Origin: Candidatus Micrarchaeota archaeon | GTDB lineage: Archaea; Micrarchaeota; Micrarchaeia; Norongarragalinales; SBBD01 | Reading direction: 5' to 3' | DNA length: 11,146 bases | Assembly (NCBI GenBank): GCA_043813365.1 | Contig: JBDRLB010000031.1 | Coordinates: 1 to 11,146 of the forward strand | Part shown: positions 9,497 through 11,146 of the stretch, in pieces | Layout of the letters: every line of letters starts with the position of its first letter | Numbering within the stretch: position 1 is the stretch's first letter | Position numbers and translations under genes: made by a program | Notes under the pieces: generated by a model | Seen by the model: the letters and a program-made list of their open reading frames with translations, nothing else | What the model was told of the DNA's origin: nothing | The model's database searches: none

Positions 9497-9520
9497 GGTT
9501 TTTTAGGATAAGATTTGGTT

Positions 9521-10192
9521 ATGGAGTATTGCATATTGTCAAGCCCTGAATTGCGCAGCCTTTTGAGGAAGAGGGCGGAAGAGGCTGTTGAATATTATTT
9601 GGGGATGCGCTCCGACGCGGTTGTTGCGCTAGATAAGTCCGGAAGGATCGCGGGCTTGCTGTTCCGGGAGGCATGGAAGAAGAAGATGGGAAATAGGAAG
9701 CAGCCGAAAATGTTCTTCCTGAATCCAGATCTGGGCGTGACGCCATTGGAAAAAGAACCGTATAAGATCTCATTGCTGGACATGGAAAGAGGGGAAAAAC
9801 GCAAGCCGATTCCAAATAACGTGCTTCCAACTGAGCACGAAAGGCTGCTGCTTGGGAAAAATCTTTCGTTGCATTCCTACCTGGTAAAATACCCCCACAA
9901 TTCTGTTTTGATTATTGATGAGATGAAGGTGTTCGGCCACACGCTCGAAGATGCAACAAAGCTGATAGAATCCCCAAGCAAAGGAAGGAAGGTCCATAAT
10001 TTCGTATTTGCACCGCATGAGCTTCCATGGATGAATACTGAATGCACAGGCGTTAAGGAGCATCAAAGGAGTACTATCCCGTCGGGAATTATAAGGCTAA
10101 AAAATGGAACACGGATTACGGGAATGGGAGAGGAGGCAAAGCAATTAAGGAGAGAAATCAAGCAACTATTCGAAGAACCACGCCGCACGTGA
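9521..10192 (+). CDS. Hypothetical protein with divergent type I phosphoribosyltransferase-like fold
   Basis: AVVALDKSGRIAG resembles the PPi loop, and VLIIDEMKVFGHTL resembles the PRPP loop (hhhhDDhxxTGxT). ATG 9521 chosen as start. Confidence 0.55.
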   Translation: MEYCILSSPELRSLLRKRAEEAVEYYLGMRSDAVVALDKSGRIAGLLFREAWKKKMGNRKQPKMFFLNPDLGVTPLEKEPYKISLLDMERGEKRKPIPNNVLPTEHERLLLGKNLSLHSYLVKYPHNSVLIIDEMKVFGHTLEDATKLIESPSKGRKVHNFVFAPHELPWMNTECTGVKEHQRSTIPSGIIRLKNGTRITGMGEEAKQLRREIKQLFEEPRRT

Positions 10193-10285
10193 TGCATAGG
10201 TTATATCACCGTGTTAGGGAGGAAGAAAATACCTACGTATAAATACTCCCTAAAACCCATAATTTAATGTCCGCGGGCCGAATTT

Positions 10286-10987
10286 ATGGTTTTGGATGGG
10301 CTGTTCAAGAAGAAAGAAGAGAAAGAGGCGGTTGCCGGGGATCTTGAGCTTCAACGCCTTCAGCTTGAAAGGGACGAGTTCGAATTGCGCTCCAATTTCT
10401 ACAAGAAGATCATTGAGAAATATGCCGCAATGATCAATGAATACGAAGAGAAGACAGTCCCGGAGCTGAAGAATCTCATCAACCGCAACGACCCAGCCGT
10501 CCAAGCGCTGAAGAAAAACTTCCTTGCAGAGCTTTCTGTGGAAAAAATCAAGCGCGGCACTTCGCCCCAATTCTCCCATGCCGAGGATTTCCTTTTCATC
10601 ATGGACAAGGTTTTCAAGTATTGCCAATCACTGAAGCACATCCATGCGAATTTATCCGTTTCCTTCTGGCAGTCAATGGCCGAAATAGCCGAGCTGCAGG
10701 CTGCGGATCCGTTTGACCGCGCAATTTTGCTATGCTCGATACTTACGGCATTCGACGGGAAGGCACATGTGCGCGTCCTGGAGCTCGAGAACAATGTGAT
10801 CCATCCCATTGTGATTGCTGAGTTTGAGGGGAAGCGCTTCGTTCTTGACCCATCGCAGCCAGATTCGCTGGCCACCACATATTCCGGGGAGCTGCTCGAA
10901 TCGGTCCTGCAGGAATTCCAGTTCGATGGCAACAAATACCTGAAGAGCGACTATGAATTTTCCGAGGAGGAATACCTGGAATTTTAG
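10286..10987 (+). CDS. Transglutaminase-like fold protein, probably catalytically inactive, with N-terminal charged helices
   Basis: FWQSMAE...ADPFDRAILLCSIL matches the YWQ.P.E...GDCED.AILL.S.L pattern; later HPIV and VLDPS match the His and Asp positions. Confidence 0.65.
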   Translation: MVLDGLFKKKEEKEAVAGDLELQRLQLERDEFELRSNFYKKIIEKYAAMINEYEEKTVPELKNLINRNDPAVQALKKNFLAELSVEKIKRGTSPQFSHAEDFLFIMDKVFKYCQSLKHIHANLSVSFWQSMAEIAELQAADPFDRAILLCSILTAFDGKAHVRVLELENNVIHPIVIAEFEGKRFVLDPSQPDSLATTYSGELLESVLQEFQFDGNKYLKSDYEFSEEEYLEF

Positions 10988-11014
10988 GCAAGGGAATCAG
11001 AATTCATTAAATTA

Positions 11015-11034
11015 CCTACGCCTAAAGGCGTAGG
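11015..11034. repeat. Subterminal hairpin of the IS200/IS605 element
   Basis: CCTACGCCT-AA-AGGCGTAGG, a perfect 9-bp inverted repeat 9 nt from the tnpA stop. Confidence 0.9.
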
Positions 11035-11043
11035 ATTTCCCCG

Positions 11044-11146
11044 TTAATAAGATGTGAGGGTGCGCTGCCTCGGGTCGTTCTCCTCGCGCACATAGCTCCG
11101 AATAGTTTCCAAATCTGCATCGCCAGCGCTGCGATGGAAATACGAG
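11044..11146 (-). CDS. tnpA: IS200-family HUH (Y1) transposase TnpA, C-terminal 33 aa (not in the ORF track)
   Basis: Manual translation from 11145 gives SYFHRSAGDADLETIRSYVREENDPRQRTLTSY*. This matches the TnpA SYFxxSxG....ETIxxY(I/V) helix carrying the catalytic Tyr. Confidence 0.85.
   Translation of the reverse strand, partial: SYFHRSAGDADLETIRSYVREENDPRQRTLTSY

Larger units (their letters stand above)
11007..11146 (-). mobile_element. Right end of an IS200/IS605-family insertion sequence (runs off the window)
   Basis: The tnpA C-terminus is followed by a perfect subterminal hairpin, with a guide AAAT 5' of it and a matching TTAA cleavage site 3' of it (minus strand). Confidence 0.8.

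Noticed and set aside
10227..10237. AAATACCTACG resembling the IS end at 11009-11020
   Set aside because: The second hairpin arm is missing and the match is too short. The adjacent TATAAATA is better explained as a promoter element for the 10286 gene.
10250..10991. Minus-strand ORFs (125, 178 and 82 aa) and other short alternative-frame ORFs across the window
   Set aside because: They largely or wholly overlap motif-supported genes on the other strand or frame and show no independent signals.

Overview
Gene-dense archaeal chromosomal window. The archaeal call rests on TATA-type promoters, GGTG ribosome-binding sites, a Cdc48/VAT ATPase, a split class I fumarase and a tRNA carrying a bulge-helix-bulge (BHB)-type intron. 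A DPANN lineage such as Micrarchaeota is my inference only. Left to right: 3' part of a processive GT2 glycosyltransferase; membrane-anchored thioredoxin-fold protein; tRNA-Asn(GTT) split by a 146-nt intron in the T-loop (59/60); Fe-S fumarate hydratase alpha and beta subunits; a membrane protein; a tandem AN1 zinc-finger + JAMM/MPN+ metalloprotease gene; a convergent cdc48; a Tat-signal HEXXH metallopeptidase; a vapBC toxin-antitoxin pair; a polyprenyl diphosphate synthase; a PRTase-fold protein; a transglutaminase-like protein lacking its catalytic Cys; and the right end of an IS200/IS605 element. Two things stand out. (1) An AT-rich block (~3620-5490) supplies both the AN1-AN1-JAMM gene and a compositionally distinct D2 half of Cdc48, with a 79-aa insert and a HbYX tail. 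This is a candidate Cdc48/proteasome-linked deconjugase module. (2) The long tRNA intron is built like a MITE, from mirrored CTTTCTTT/AAAGAAAG hairpins.
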